55,142 nt of DNA from an uncultured Planctomycetia bacterium (GTDB lineage: Bacteria; Omnitrophota; Gorgyraeia; Duberdicusellales; 4484-171): the NCBI GenBank assembly GCA_964455875.1, contig CAYVYZ010000001.1, forward strand, positions 51,895 through 107,036, given 5' to 3'. This document shows, in pieces, positions 41,750 through 51,152 of this stretch (position 1 is the stretch's first letter; every line of letters starts with the position of its first letter). A model generated the notes under the pieces. That model saw only the letters and a list, made by a program, of their open reading frames with translations, was not told the DNA's origin and searched no databases. The position numbers and the translations under genes are program-made.

Positions 41750-41824
41750 CAGGTGAGGCAGGACTTGAACCTGCAACCCCCGGTTTTGGAGACCGGTGCT
41801 CTAGCCAAATTGAGCTACTCACCT
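41750..41824 (-). tRNA. tRNA-Trp (anticodon CCA)
   Basis: The reverse complement AGGTGAGTAGCTCAATTTGGCTAGAGCACCGGTCTCCAAAACCGGGGGTTGCAGGTTCAAGTCCTGCCTCACCTG folds as a cloverleaf. It has the acceptor stem AGGTGAG/CTCACCT, an anticodon stem CCGGT/ACCGG with loop CTCCAAA, and a T arm GCAGG-TTCAAGT-CCTGC. Confidence 0.92.
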
Positions 41825-41830
41825 TAACCA

Positions 41831-41983
41831 CTACGGCTTAGTCTCTTTATGCTGAGAATATTTTCTACAAAACCTACAAAACTTATTTATAGTAAACTTC
41901 CCCGAATGTTTTCTTTTGTTTTTAGTAGTATAATAATTTTTGCGTTTACAAAGAGTACACTGTAATGCAATTAATTCTCTCAT
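41831..41983 (-). CDS. rpmG: 50S ribosomal protein L33 (Cys4 form; absent from the ORF track)
   Basis: Hand translation gives MRELIALQCTLCKRKNYYTTKNKRKHSGKFTINKFCRFCRKYSQHKETKP* (50 aa). It sits in the canonical position upstream of tRNA-Trp and secE. Confidence 0.9.
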   Translation of the reverse strand: MRELIALQCTLCKRKNYYTTKNKRKHSGKFTINKFCRFCRKYSQHKETKP

Positions 41984-42084
41984 AATAGCTTATAAGGGAA
42001 ATTAAAAAATAAGTAACTATAAAGAGGCTAAAAAACCCCGTTCCCACTTTCTGTGGTCTTTCTAAAATTTACACTATCTTTATT

Positions 42085-42157
42085 AGCCCACGACCGGAAT
42101 TGAACCGGTGACCACTTCCTTACCAAGGAAGTGCTCTACCGACTGAGCTACGTGGGC
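42085..42157 (-). tRNA. tRNA-Thr (anticodon GGT)
   Basis: The reverse complement GCCCACGTAGCTCAGTCGGTAGAGCACTTCCTTGGTAAGGAAGTGGTCACCGGTTCAATTCCGGTCGTGGGCT folds as a cloverleaf. It has an anticodon stem CTTCC/GGAAG with loop TTGGTAA and a T arm ACCGG-TTCAATT-CCGGT. Confidence 0.92.
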
Positions 42158-42170
42158 ATAGGAAAAAGAA

Positions 42171-42198
42171 ATAATACTATAAAAAAAATTTTTGTCAA
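42171..42198 (-). promoter_or_regulatory. Candidate sigma-70 promoter for tRNA-Thr, rpmG, tRNA-Trp, secE, nusG and the genes beyond (TTGACA-N16-TATTAT)
   Basis: On the minus strand: a perfect TTGACA (42193-42198), a 16-nt A/T spacer, then TATTAT (42171-42176). The -10 element ends 13 nt before the mature 5' end of tRNA-Thr at 42157. Confidence 0.5.
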
Positions 42199-42218
42199 GA
42201 AAAAAATACCTAATTTTC

Positions 42219-42818
42219 CTAAAAGGGTAATTCTTTATTCTGCAACAGGTTACTGATATTTTTCTTGTGTCTTATAACAATAAAGACAAATAGCACAACA
42301 CTGAGCATCGTAAAAGGACTCTCAAGAAAAATTAAAGAAATAATAAGAAATACAAATGCTCCTAAAAGAGAAGCCAAAGACACTATTCTAAATAGCATAA
42401 AAATCCCTATCCATACTAACACTGCTGATATTAAAGGAAATATTAACTTAGGATATACAAGACACAACCCAAGGACTGCCCCTATACTTGTAGAAACTCC
42501 TTTGCCTCCTTTAAACCTAAGAAACACACTCCAGTTATGTCCAACAACAGAAAGAGTAGCAATGAAGATATAGAAAAGGTAAGAATAATGAGGAACAATA
42601 ATATTTGCTATAAAAACGGGGAAAAATCCTTTTATAAAATCAAGAAAGAAAGTCAATATTCCCCATTTCTTACCTACAACCCTTACAACATTTGTTGCTC
42701 CAATATTTCCTGAGCCAAACTTACGAATATCAATTCTTTTAACTAAGTAAGCAACTATAAGACCAAAGGGAATGCTGCCAACTATATAACTAACTATAGT
42801 CCAAACTATTATTAGCAT
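42219..42818 (-). CDS. plsY: Glycerol-3-phosphate acyltransferase PlsY
   Basis: 199 aa, polytopic. It contains GSGNIGATNVVRVVGKKWG. Confidence 0.93.
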   Translation of the reverse strand: MLIIVWTIVSYIVGSIPFGLIVAYLVKRIDIRKFGSGNIGATNVVRVVGKKWGILTFFLDFIKGFFPVFIANIIVPHYSYLFYIFIATLSVVGHNWSVFLRFKGGKGVSTSIGAVLGLCLVYPKLIFPLISAVLVWIGIFMLFRIVSLASLLGAFVFLIISLIFLESPFTMLSVVLFVFIVIRHKKNISNLLQNKELPF

Positions 42819-43344
42819 TTATTGCCTTCAACCCTCTTATAATATATCCTATACCAGAAACAATAGTAAAAAATACGGCCAAATTCCAAAAGACAAAAGA
42901 GAAACGAAAATTCACCAAAATACTTAAAACTGTAAACATCTGGAAAAACGTAGTAAGCTTACCCCAAAGAGAAGGATAAATGGGAACTTCAAGCTTAAGG
43001 AAATTAAGAATCATAACTCCTGATAAAATAATAAAATCACGGCTTACCACTACAAAGACTACCCACCATGGTATAGAGAACTTAAGAAAATAAAGAGCAA
43101 TAAAAGCTGTTAGTAAAAGTAGTTTATCTGCCAAAGGGTCAATCACCTTGCCAATTTTTGATTTTTCTTTCTTTATCCTTGCTACGAGGCCATCAAGAAA
43201 GTCGGTAATCACAGCAAGAATAAATATCCCTAAGGCAATATGGTTCAAATACATATCCCCAAAGCGCCTATAAGCAATGAGGAAAGAAACAAAAAAAGGG
43301 ATCAACAATATACGCAATATAGAAACTTTATCAGCAAAACTCAT
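42790..43344 (-). CDS. pgsA: CDP-diacylglycerol--glycerol-3-phosphate 3-phosphatidyltransferase (CDP-alcohol phosphatidyltransferase family)
   Basis: 184 aa. It carries the family motif DFLDGLVARIKKEKSKIGKVIDPLADK. Confidence 0.88.
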   Translation of the reverse strand: MSFADKVSILRILLIPFFVSFLIAYRRFGDMYLNHIALGIFILAVITDFLDGLVARIKKEKSKIGKVIDPLADKLLLLTAFIALYFLKFSIPWWVVFVVVSRDFIILSGVMILNFLKLEVPIYPSLWGKLTTFFQMFTVLSILVNFRFSFVFWNLAVFFTIVSGIGYIIRGLKAINANNSLDYS

Positions 43345-43356
43345 ATTTCCTCAAGT

Positions 43357-43962
43357 TTATTCTATTATACCTATTCTTTTTGGTGGCCACCAGATAAATA
43401 TTGCCTTACCAACTATGTCTTTTTCATCTACAAAACCCCAGAATCTACTATCTAAAGAATCATTGGAATTATCACCCAGAAAAAAATATTTTCCTTTAGG
43501 AACAACTATCTCTTCTTCACCGTATTTACCAATGTTAGTATAGTTGTTCTTAGCGATTAATGGGTCAATAATAATCTTACCGTTTATCTTAACATTGCCA
43601 TTTTCTATCTTAACGCGTTCTCCCCCTAAACCAACCAACCTCTTTATGAATACTTTTCTTTTTAAAAAGAACTTATTCTTCTCCTGAGGAGGAACAAAAA
43701 CAATAACATCCGCTCTTTTTGGTTTCCTTAATCCGGGGAGCCTCCACGGTGTGAAAGGAACACGGGGGCCATAAACAAGCTTGCTTACGAAAATCTTATC
43801 TCCGGGCATCAAAGTAGGAATCATAGAGCCGGTAGGAATCTTATAAATCTGGAAAAAAAAAGTTCTTACAAATATAGCCAATGAAGCGGCAATGACAACT
43901 GCTTCTACCCATTCTCTTATGGGCCCTTTTTTTCTCAGTGCTTTAGAGTCCTTATCTTTCAT
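43357..43962 (-). CDS. lepB: Signal peptidase I
   Basis: It has the catalytic Ser motif GSMIPTLMPGD, the Lys box KRLVGLGGE and GDNSNDSLDSRFWG. I prefer the ATG at 43962 (AGGAAAG upstream) over the ORF-track TTG at 43977. Confidence 0.92.
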   Translation of the reverse strand: MKDKDSKALRKKGPIREWVEAVVIAASLAIFVRTFFFQIYKIPTGSMIPTLMPGDKIFVSKLVYGPRVPFTPWRLPGLRKPKRADVIVFVPPQEKNKFFLKRKVFIKRLVGLGGERVKIENGNVKINGKIIIDPLIAKNNYTNIGKYGEEEIVVPKGKYFFLGDNSNDSLDSRFWGFVDEKDIVGKAIFIWWPPKRIGIIE

Positions 43963-43983
43963 TTTCTTTCCTACCAAGACTTG

Positions 43984-45774
43984 CTACATTTTAAGAACTT
44001 CTAAGAATGCCTCTTGGGGTATCTGAATGTTGCCCAATTGTTTTAATTTCTTCTTACCTTTCTTCTGCTTTTCCCATAGTTTTCTTTTTCGGGTAATGTC
44101 TCCCCCATAACACTTTGCCGTCACATTCTTCCGTAAAGGAGGGATACGAGAAGAAGCAATAATCTTAGCCCCGATAGCAGCTTGAATATTAACTTCAAAC
44201 ATTTGACGAGGAACAACCTCCTTCAACTTATCCACCACTGCCCTTGCTTTATATTCAGCCTTCTCTTTGTTGACCAAAAGAGAAAAAGCTTCTATTCTTT
44301 TCTTGTTAAACATAATATCTATCTTGACTATCTGGGTTTTCCTGTAACCAATGAACTCATAGTCCAAAGAAGCATAACCTCGGCTTATTGACTTGATTCT
44401 ATCATAAAAATCCACGACAACTTCTGCTAAAGGGAGCTCAAAAACTATAGAAAGTCTGTCCTTCCCCAGATAATCCATCTTAACAAACACACCTCTTCTT
44501 GCCTTCGATATTTCACAAACAGGCTCCATATATTCTAAAGGAGAAATTATAGTTGCTTTTACATACGGCTCCATAACTTCCTCAATCTGGGCAGGGTCAG
44601 GAAGCTTATGGGGACTATCTACATCAATAACTACGTGGTTTTTCTTCATAACCTTATAAAGAACAGTTGGAGAAGTTAATATTAAATCTAAACCATATTC
44701 ACGCTCTAACCGCTCCTGAACAATTTCCATATGAAGAAGCCCTAAGAAACCGCACCTGAAGCCGTGCCCCAAAGAACCCAAACTGTCTGGCTCATATATA
44801 AAAGAAGGGTCTGACAACTTCATTTTCTCTATGGCATCTCTTAATAAACCGTAATCACGAGGAGAAACTGGAAATATACCGCAGAAAACCATCGGTGGTA
44901 TTTCCTTATATCCCTCAAAAGGAGAAGTTGTGGGATTTAAATAAGAAGTAATAGTGTCGCCAACGTCTACATCCTGGGGATTCTTTATATTACAAAAAAG
45001 ATAGCCTACCTCTCCACACACAAGCTCTTCTTGCCTTTGGGGAGATAAAACAAATATCCCCAAGTCTTCAACCTCATATCTCTTTTTTGTATTCATAAAC
45101 AATATTTCATCTCCACGCGATACTTTGCCATCAAAGATTCTCACAAAAAGAATTATACCTCTATAAGGGTCAAAAGTTGTATCAAAAAGAATTGCTTTAA
45201 GAGGTTTATCTATGTCTCCTTCAGGAGGCGGAATTTCTTTAACAATTCTGCCAAGAACATCTTTTATCCCCCTGCCTTCCTTAGCAGAAATAAAACTAAC
45301 TTCTTCCTTCTTAAAACCAAAAATGTCCGTCAGTTGATTTACAGTCCTTTCTGTATCAGCGTTAGGTAAATCAATCTTATTAACTACAGGAATTATCTTT
45401 AAGTTATTCTCCAGGGCAAGATAAAAATTAGCTACAGTTTGTGCTTCTACCCCTTGAGAAGCATCAACGAGAAGTATTGCTCCATCAGAAGCTTTTAAGG
45501 ACTTAGCAACCTCATAAGTAAAATCAACGTGCCCTGGCGTGTCTATCAAATTAAGCATATATGTTTTATCCTCAAACGTATATTTTATACTTACTGCTTT
45601 GGCCTTAATAGTTATCCCTCTTTCTCTTTCTAACTCCATTCTGTCAAGAATCTGATTTGTCATCTTACGTTCTTCTACAGCGCCACAAACTTCAAGAAAT
45701 CTATCTGCCAATGTTGACTTTCCGTGGTCTATATGAGCAATTATACAAAAGTTTCTTATTAAGCTCTTATCCAT
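43984..45774 (-). CDS. lepA: Elongation factor 4 (LepA)
   Basis: 596 aa. It contains IIAHIDHGKSTLADR and DTPGHVDF, and has the LepA C-terminal domain. Confidence 0.96.
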   Translation of the reverse strand: MDKSLIRNFCIIAHIDHGKSTLADRFLEVCGAVEERKMTNQILDRMELERERGITIKAKAVSIKYTFEDKTYMLNLIDTPGHVDFTYEVAKSLKASDGAILLVDASQGVEAQTVANFYLALENNLKIIPVVNKIDLPNADTERTVNQLTDIFGFKKEEVSFISAKEGRGIKDVLGRIVKEIPPPEGDIDKPLKAILFDTTFDPYRGIILFVRIFDGKVSRGDEILFMNTKKRYEVEDLGIFVLSPQRQEELVCGEVGYLFCNIKNPQDVDVGDTITSYLNPTTSPFEGYKEIPPMVFCGIFPVSPRDYGLLRDAIEKMKLSDPSFIYEPDSLGSLGHGFRCGFLGLLHMEIVQERLEREYGLDLILTSPTVLYKVMKKNHVVIDVDSPHKLPDPAQIEEVMEPYVKATIISPLEYMEPVCEISKARRGVFVKMDYLGKDRLSIVFELPLAEVVVDFYDRIKSISRGYASLDYEFIGYRKTQIVKIDIMFNKKRIEAFSLLVNKEKAEYKARAVVDKLKEVVPRQMFEVNIQAAIGAKIIASSRIPPLRKNVTAKCYGGDITRKRKLWEKQKKGKKKLKQLGNIQIPQEAFLEVLKM

Positions 45775-46417
45775 TGCTTCTCTTTATATAAGAAAGCAAA
45801 ACATCCAGTACTTCTTCTATATCTAAAGAAGTGGTATCAATATATATAGCATCTTCTGCCTTCTTAAGCGCTCCGAATTCCCTGTTAAAATCTGCCTCAT
45901 CACGTTTTAATATCTGGGCCTTAACTTCGCTATAACTAAGAAGATGCCCCTTTTCCTGTAAATATTGTTTTCGCCTTCTCGTTCTTTCCTCGATGTCAGC
46001 ATCAAGATAGAATTTATAGTCGGCATTAGGAAAAACTACTGTTGTAATATCCCTGCCTTCTACCACAGCATCCTTATTCTCTACTAACTTTCTCTGAAGA
46101 AATACCATCTTTTCCCTTACTCTCTTAAAAGACACTGGCAAGGAAATATTTTTGTCAATCTGAGGGCTTCTTATCTTATCTGTTACCTCCTCTCCATCAA
46201 GGAAAACCCTATCACCATCAAGAGTTATCCTAAGATTATCTGCCAAGATGGCAATACTCTCTTCTTTGGCTAAATCAATATTCTCCTGAAGAGCTTTAAG
46301 GGTAAGAGCACGGTAGGTAGCACCAGTATCTAAATACAAAACACCCAACTTCTTTGCTAATAATCGGGCAATGGTTGTCTTCCCTGAACCAGCCGGTCCA
46401 TCTATTGCAATGATCAT
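45767..46417 (-). CDS. cmk: Cytidylate kinase
   Basis: 216 aa. It contains IAIDGPAGSGKTTIARLLAKKLG and LDTGATYRA. Confidence 0.94.
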   Translation of the reverse strand: MIIAIDGPAGSGKTTIARLLAKKLGVLYLDTGATYRALTLKALQENIDLAKEESIAILADNLRITLDGDRVFLDGEEVTDKIRSPQIDKNISLPVSFKRVREKMVFLQRKLVENKDAVVEGRDITTVVFPNADYKFYLDADIEERTRRRKQYLQEKGHLLSYSEVKAQILKRDEADFNREFGALKKAEDAIYIDTTSLDIEEVLDVLLSYIKRSNG

Positions 46418-47241
46418 TTTGTATAGAGGTGTTTCTTACGCGCCTTTCTAATCAATCTGAGAAGACGCTTACGCTCTTTACTGGTTATTGCTCTTTTAAA
46501 TTCCTGAAGTATACCTATGTACTCCTCTATGTGATTTACAATGTTATCTTTATTAGAAAAGAAAACATCTTCCCATACCCTTTCAGGAGAAGTCGATACC
46601 CTCGTTATATCGCTAAAGCTACCTGAAGAAAATAAAAAGTACTTTTTCGGTACAAGATACGAAAGAGCATAAGAGATAACGTGAGGAAGATGAGAAACAT
46701 AAGAAAGTACCTTATCATGTAAAGAAGGTTTCATAAAATAAACCCTGCAGCCAACTCTCTGCCAGAATTTCTTAACAAAAGGTGTGGCTTTGTTAAGAGA
46801 GGTGATAATACACAAAGAGTTTTTATAAATATCTCTTGAGGCGTTCTCTGGACCTTCTTTGTTGCTTCCACACAAAGGATGACACCCAACGAAATTGACA
46901 TTTTCAGGTAAATATTCTTTTGCCTTTTTTTCTATCTCATATTTTGTGCTACCTAAATCGATAACTACTGTGTTTTCAGCAAGAAAGGGGGCAATCTTCT
47001 TAAAATAATTAATAATTATAGAAACAGGGGTCGCCAAAACAACCATAGTAGCATCCTTAAGCAATTTTCTTAAGTCCCCTGTGACCTTATCTACTAAATT
47101 TAACCTTTTAAGCTTCTTGTAATATTCTCTACGGTGTGCATACCCCCATAAAGACGCCTCTGGATAAGCCTCCTTAATAGCTAAAGCTAATGACCCCCCC
47201 ATAAACCCTACCCCTATTATACTAATTTTTTTTACCTTCAT
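46414..47241 (-). CDS. tyrA: Prephenate (or arogenate) dehydrogenase
   Basis: 275 aa. It has the Rossmann motif [14 protein letters not shown] and [10 protein letters not shown], and lies in an aromatic-pathway operon. Confidence 0.85.
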   Translation of the reverse strand: MKVKKISIIGVGFMGGSLALAIKEAYPEASLWGYAHRREYYKKLKRLNLVDKVTGDLRKLLKDATMVVLATPVSIIINYFKKIAPFLAENTVVIDLGSTKYEIEKKAKEYLPENVNFVGCHPLCGSNKEGPENASRDIYKNSLCIITSLNKATPFVKKFWQRVGCRVYFMKPSLHDKVLSYVSHLPHVISYALSYLVPKKYFLFSSGSFSDITRVSTSPERVWEDVFFSNKDNIVNHIEEYIGILQEFKRAITSKERKRLLRLIRKARKKHLYTK

Positions 47242-47243
47242 TC

Positions 47244-48260
47244 CTACAAGCTCCTTCCCAAATCTTTTGCAAGTTTTTTAAGTTCTCTCATTAAACTTTC
47301 AAATCTCTCTGGTATAAGCTGCTGTGGACCGTCGCTTAATGCCTCTTCAGGATTAGGATGCACTTCAATAAGCAAACCATCTGCGCCAGAAGCAATCGAT
47401 GCCTTGCTTAAAGGTGAGACTAAATTCCATCTCCCTGTAGCATGGGAAGGGTCTACAATAATAGGTAGATGAGAAAGATTTTTAACAATCGGCACTGTAC
47501 TTAAATCAAGAGTATTACGTGTATAATCTTCAAATGTTCTTATCCCGCGCTCACAAAGAATAACATTGAAATTGCCTCCTGAAAGAATGTACTCTGCACT
47601 CATAAGCAACTCTTTTATAGTGGCACTTAATCCCCTTTTTAAGATAACGGGTTTCTGAGTTTGTCCCACTTCTTTTAATAAATTGAAATTCTGCATATTT
47701 CTTGCGCCAATCTGGAGTATATCCACATATTTTGCTACTAAAGGCACATCTCTTGAATCCATAACTTCACTTACGGTAGGTAAATTAAATCTTAAAGAAG
47801 CCTCTTTCAACATCTTAAGGCCATCTTCTCCTAATCCTTGAAAGCTATAAGGAGAAGTTCTTGGCTTAAATGCTCCCCCCCTTAGAACAGAAGCTCCCGC
47901 ATCTTTTACCCTCTTTGCCACCTCAAACAACTGTTTCTCTGACTCTACAGAACAAGGTCCCGCAATAACTACTATCTTTTCTCCTCCAAATACAACCTTA
48001 TCATTTATCTTTATCAAAGAATTCTCTCTTTTAAACTCCTTCGATACTAATTTATAAGGCGAAAGTACAGGCATGACTTTCTCTACGCCTTTAAACACTT
48101 CAAGAGGTTGAAGCCGAACAACTTCCTCAGGACCGATAACTCCTACTATTGTCCTCTCTATGCCTTTAGAAACCATAGTCTTAAGCCCAAGACTGTGAAT
48201 CCTATCAATAACATGCTGTATTTGATCCTCGGTAGCATCCTTTTTAAATACAATAATCAT
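47244..48260 (-). CDS. aroF: 3-deoxy-7-phosphoheptulonate (DAHP) synthase, type I-beta, with an N-terminal ferredoxin-like regulatory domain
   Basis: 338 aa. The core has GPCSVES and [13 protein letters not shown]. About 70 N-terminal residues ([25 protein letters not shown]...) match the layout of Thermotoga-type enzymes. Confidence 0.9.
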   Translation of the reverse strand: MIIVFKKDATEDQIQHVIDRIHSLGLKTMVSKGIERTIVGVIGPEEVVRLQPLEVFKGVEKVMPVLSPYKLVSKEFKRENSLIKINDKVVFGGEKIVVIAGPCSVESEKQLFEVAKRVKDAGASVLRGGAFKPRTSPYSFQGLGEDGLKMLKEASLRFNLPTVSEVMDSRDVPLVAKYVDILQIGARNMQNFNLLKEVGQTQKPVILKRGLSATIKELLMSAEYILSGGNFNVILCERGIRTFEDYTRNTLDLSTVPIVKNLSHLPIIVDPSHATGRWNLVSPLSKASIASGADGLLIEVHPNPEEALSDGPQQLIPERFESLMRELKKLAKDLGRSL

Positions 48261-49357
48261 TCTGACCTCCCGTCTCCTCCTTTAAGGTAATTTTTAAAAT
48301 ACCGCATAAAAGCCAAATTCTCTTTATGTAATCCTACTGTAACTCTAAAATAATTCCTTAAGCCCCAACCTCTTAACTGACGGACAATAATTCCTCTCTT
48401 CAACAAGTACTCATAGAGACTTTGAGTATCCTTTTTAAAGTTAACAAGAATAAAATTAGTAGCGCTTTTTACATATTCTAAACCGAGTTTTTCAAAATTC
48501 CGGTAAAAATAATCTTTTTCTTTATTTATATAGCTTACTGTCTTTCTAAGAAAACTTTTATTTTTTAAGGCAACTGTTGCTGCGACTTGAGCGAAACGAT
48601 TAACATTAAATGGCTCTCTTATTTTGTTTAATACCTCTGCAACAGAAGGGGTGGTTATTGCATATCCTATTCTTAACCCTGCCAGTCCATATGCTTTGGA
48701 AAATGTACGGGTAACAATAATATTGCCCCTCTTCTTTAACAAATCAAGGCTATGAGGGAAACTCTGCTTGGGAGCAAATTCAAAATAAGCTTCATCAAAA
48801 AATACAAGTACACTCTTAGGTATTTTAGAAAGAAACCCTTCTATCTCTCTATGAGAAAGATAAGTACCATGGGGATTATCGGGATTAGCAATAAAAACTA
48901 TACTGGTTTTTTTATCTATAGCTTTCACCATTCCGTCTAAATCATAATGGTAACTCTTAAAAGGTACTCTTTTTATCTTTAAGCCTGTGACTTTGGCCTG
49001 AAGCTCATATATAAGAAAAGTAGGGTACCCCACAACTACATTATTACCCACATTACAGAATCCTCTTAACGCCATAACAATAATTTCATCAGAGCCATTC
49101 CCAAACACCAATTGCTCTTCTTTTACCTTAAGTTTCCTTGCCAATTCTCTACGCAAGTAGAAACAATCTGCCTCAGGATAACGATTAATATTGGCTGTTT
49201 CTTTTAAAACCGCCTCCTTTATATAGAAGGGGGTAAAAGGATTCTCATTGGAAGCAAGTTTATAAACCTCTTTAAGTCTTAAGCTACGCTTTAGCTCCTC
49301 AATGGGCTTGCCTGGCTTATAAGCCTTTAATTGCCTTAAACTCTTCTTTATAACCAT
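48257..49357 (-). CDS. hisC: Histidinol-phosphate / aromatic aminotransferase (class II)
   Basis: 366 aa. It contains LASNENP and the PLP-Lys motif RTFSKAYGLAGLRIGY. Confidence 0.9.
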   Translation of the reverse strand: MVIKKSLRQLKAYKPGKPIEELKRSLRLKEVYKLASNENPFTPFYIKEAVLKETANINRYPEADCFYLRRELARKLKVKEEQLVFGNGSDEIIVMALRGFCNVGNNVVVGYPTFLIYELQAKVTGLKIKRVPFKSYHYDLDGMVKAIDKKTSIVFIANPDNPHGTYLSHREIEGFLSKIPKSVLVFFDEAYFEFAPKQSFPHSLDLLKKRGNIIVTRTFSKAYGLAGLRIGYAITTPSVAEVLNKIREPFNVNRFAQVAATVALKNKSFLRKTVSYINKEKDYFYRNFEKLGLEYVKSATNFILVNFKKDTQSLYEYLLKRGIIVRQLRGWGLRNYFRVTVGLHKENLAFMRYFKNYLKGGDGRSE

Positions 49358-50423
49358 CGTCTTCTTTGGGGTAAGAACCTAAAATCCTAAGAAAAGCACA
49401 TTTTCTCTCAAGAGACCTTAGGGCGCTTGAGACATTTTTATCTTCTCTGTGTCCTTCAAAATCAACGAAAAAGTAATATTCCCATGGTTTCCTCTTTGAG
49501 GGTCGCGACTCAATCTTGGTAAGATTTATACCATTTCTCTTAAATGAATTCAAAGCATCATGAAGGGCACCTACCTTATCCTTAATAGAAAAAAGAATAG
49601 ATGTCTTATCGTGGGCACTGGGCAAACTATCATTCTTAGAAATGACAAGAAACCTTGTAACATTCGAAGGAGAATCCTCTATGTGTTTTTTAATTTCTTT
49701 AAGGCCATAGATAGCCGCAAGAACATGATTGCCAATACACGCAGATTCTTTATCCTTTTTTGCCATTTGTGCTGCTTTTGCCGTAGTAGAAGTCGGCACA
49801 AGCTGAGCATTAGGGTACTGACTTATTATCCACCTACGACACTGAGAGAAAACCTGCGGATGAGAATATATTCTTAAAAGCTTCTTTGCTTCGGATATGC
49901 GCAGTAGACTATGAGAAATATTAAGAAAAATCTCCGCACATATCTTAAGATTAGATTCTAAAAACATATCTAACGTATAAGTTACAGCCCCCTCTATGGA
50001 ATTCTCTATGGGCACCACCCCATAATCTACATCTGCCCTTTCAACATGTTCAAAGACTTCCCGTATACTATCACAAGAAAGAAATTGACTACGGGAGCCA
50101 AACTTTCTTATTGCTGCTAGATGGGTAAATGTTCCTTCTGGGCCTAAATATCCAATTTTAACCTTAATTTGAAGTGCCCTGCACACAGAAAGAATTTCTC
50201 TGTAGATTATCTCTAAGTCTTTACTGCTTAAAGGGCCTTTGTTTATTGCCTTTATTTTCCTTAAGATAAGTGCTTCTCTCTCTGGAGAAAATATGCTTAT
50301 CTTTTTTATGCTCTTAATACGTGCAACAGAAGAAACCAGTTTCGCCCGCTCGTTAAGAAGGTCGACAATTTTTTTATCTATTCTGTCTATGTGACCGCGC
50401 AATTTCTTAAGAGACATAGTCAA
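49317..50423 (-). CDS. pheA: Bifunctional chorismate mutase / prephenate dehydratase (P-protein)
   Basis: 368 aa. It has a chorismate mutase helix LRGHIDRIDKKIVDLLNERAKL, a prephenate dehydratase motif GPEGTFTH, and an ACT domain TKIESRPS...WEYYFFVDFEGH. Confidence 0.93.
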   Translation of the reverse strand: MTMSLKKLRGHIDRIDKKIVDLLNERAKLVSSVARIKSIKKISIFSPEREALILRKIKAINKGPLSSKDLEIIYREILSVCRALQIKVKIGYLGPEGTFTHLAAIRKFGSRSQFLSCDSIREVFEHVERADVDYGVVPIENSIEGAVTYTLDMFLESNLKICAEIFLNISHSLLRISEAKKLLRIYSHPQVFSQCRRWIISQYPNAQLVPTSTTAKAAQMAKKDKESACIGNHVLAAIYGLKEIKKHIEDSPSNVTRFLVISKNDSLPSAHDKTSILFSIKDKVGALHDALNSFKRNGINLTKIESRPSKRKPWEYYFFVDFEGHREDKNVSSALRSLERKCAFLRILGSYPKEDDGYKEEFKAIKGL

Positions 50424-51150
50424 TCTCTCTTTCTAATTTATCTAAAATACTTTTATTTCCTATATCTACCCATTTTCCTTTAAACAAATATCCATAAACA
50501 TCTGTTTTGCTTATTAACCATTCAATATACTTACCACTAGCGTCGCTATTTTTTACCTCTTGAATAAACTTATCAAGATATACAAGGGACTCTTTTGGAA
50601 AAAAATATATACACGTAGCTATAATGTTGCTTTTTGGTAAAGATGGCTTTTCTACAAACCCATTAATTCGCCCTTCTTTATCCAAAGTAACTACTCCAAA
50701 ATTATTAGCGATATTCTTATCCTGTAGTTCATAAAGCCCTACTGAGGGAGAAGGACACCTTTTGTAAGAAGTTCTAACAAAATCTAAAAAATCCCAGCTA
50801 AAGAAGTTGTCTGCCCCTATAATGAACCAATCACCCTTCCCTTTCTTTTCCAGAACAAAACGTATATCTCCTATTGCCCCTAAACGTTCCTCTACAGAAT
50901 TAGTACCATCATTTATGATTGTAACAGGATAACTTACCTTTTCTTTCCAATCTATAAATTTCTTATAAAACTTATTGTTAGAGACTACCACTATCTCTTC
51001 GACTTCCACCTCTCTATTTAATGCAACTAATTTGTCTAATATATAGTCTATAAGAGCTTTTCCCTTTATAGAAAGCAAAGCTTTAGGAATATTTAGAGTT
51101 AAAGGATATAATCTTGTACCATAACCAGCAGCTAAGATTAAGCTTTTCAT
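50407..51150 (-). CDS. Sugar-phosphate nucleotidyltransferase (RmlA/GalU-like fold)
   Basis: 247 aa. It has the N-terminal signature LILAAGYGTRLYPLTLNIPKALL and EKP. The substrate cannot be inferred. Confidence 0.8.
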   Translation of the reverse strand: MKSLILAAGYGTRLYPLTLNIPKALLSIKGKALIDYILDKLVALNREVEVEEIVVVSNNKFYKKFIDWKEKVSYPVTIINDGTNSVEERLGAIGDIRFVLEKKGKGDWFIIGADNFFSWDFLDFVRTSYKRCPSPSVGLYELQDKNIANNFGVVTLDKEGRINGFVEKPSLPKSNIIATCIYFFPKESLVYLDKFIQEVKNSDASGKYIEWLISKTDVYGYLFKGKWVDIGNKSILDKLEREIDYVS

Positions 51151-51152
51151 TC

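Noticed and set aside
42030-42060. CCAC-AGAAA-GTGG hairpin followed by GGGGTTTTTT, downstream of tRNA-Thr, considered as a possible terminator or attenuator
   Set aside because: The stem is only 4 bp and is separated from the U-tract by 8 nt. The G-run has no complementary C-run. This is not a credible intrinsic terminator.
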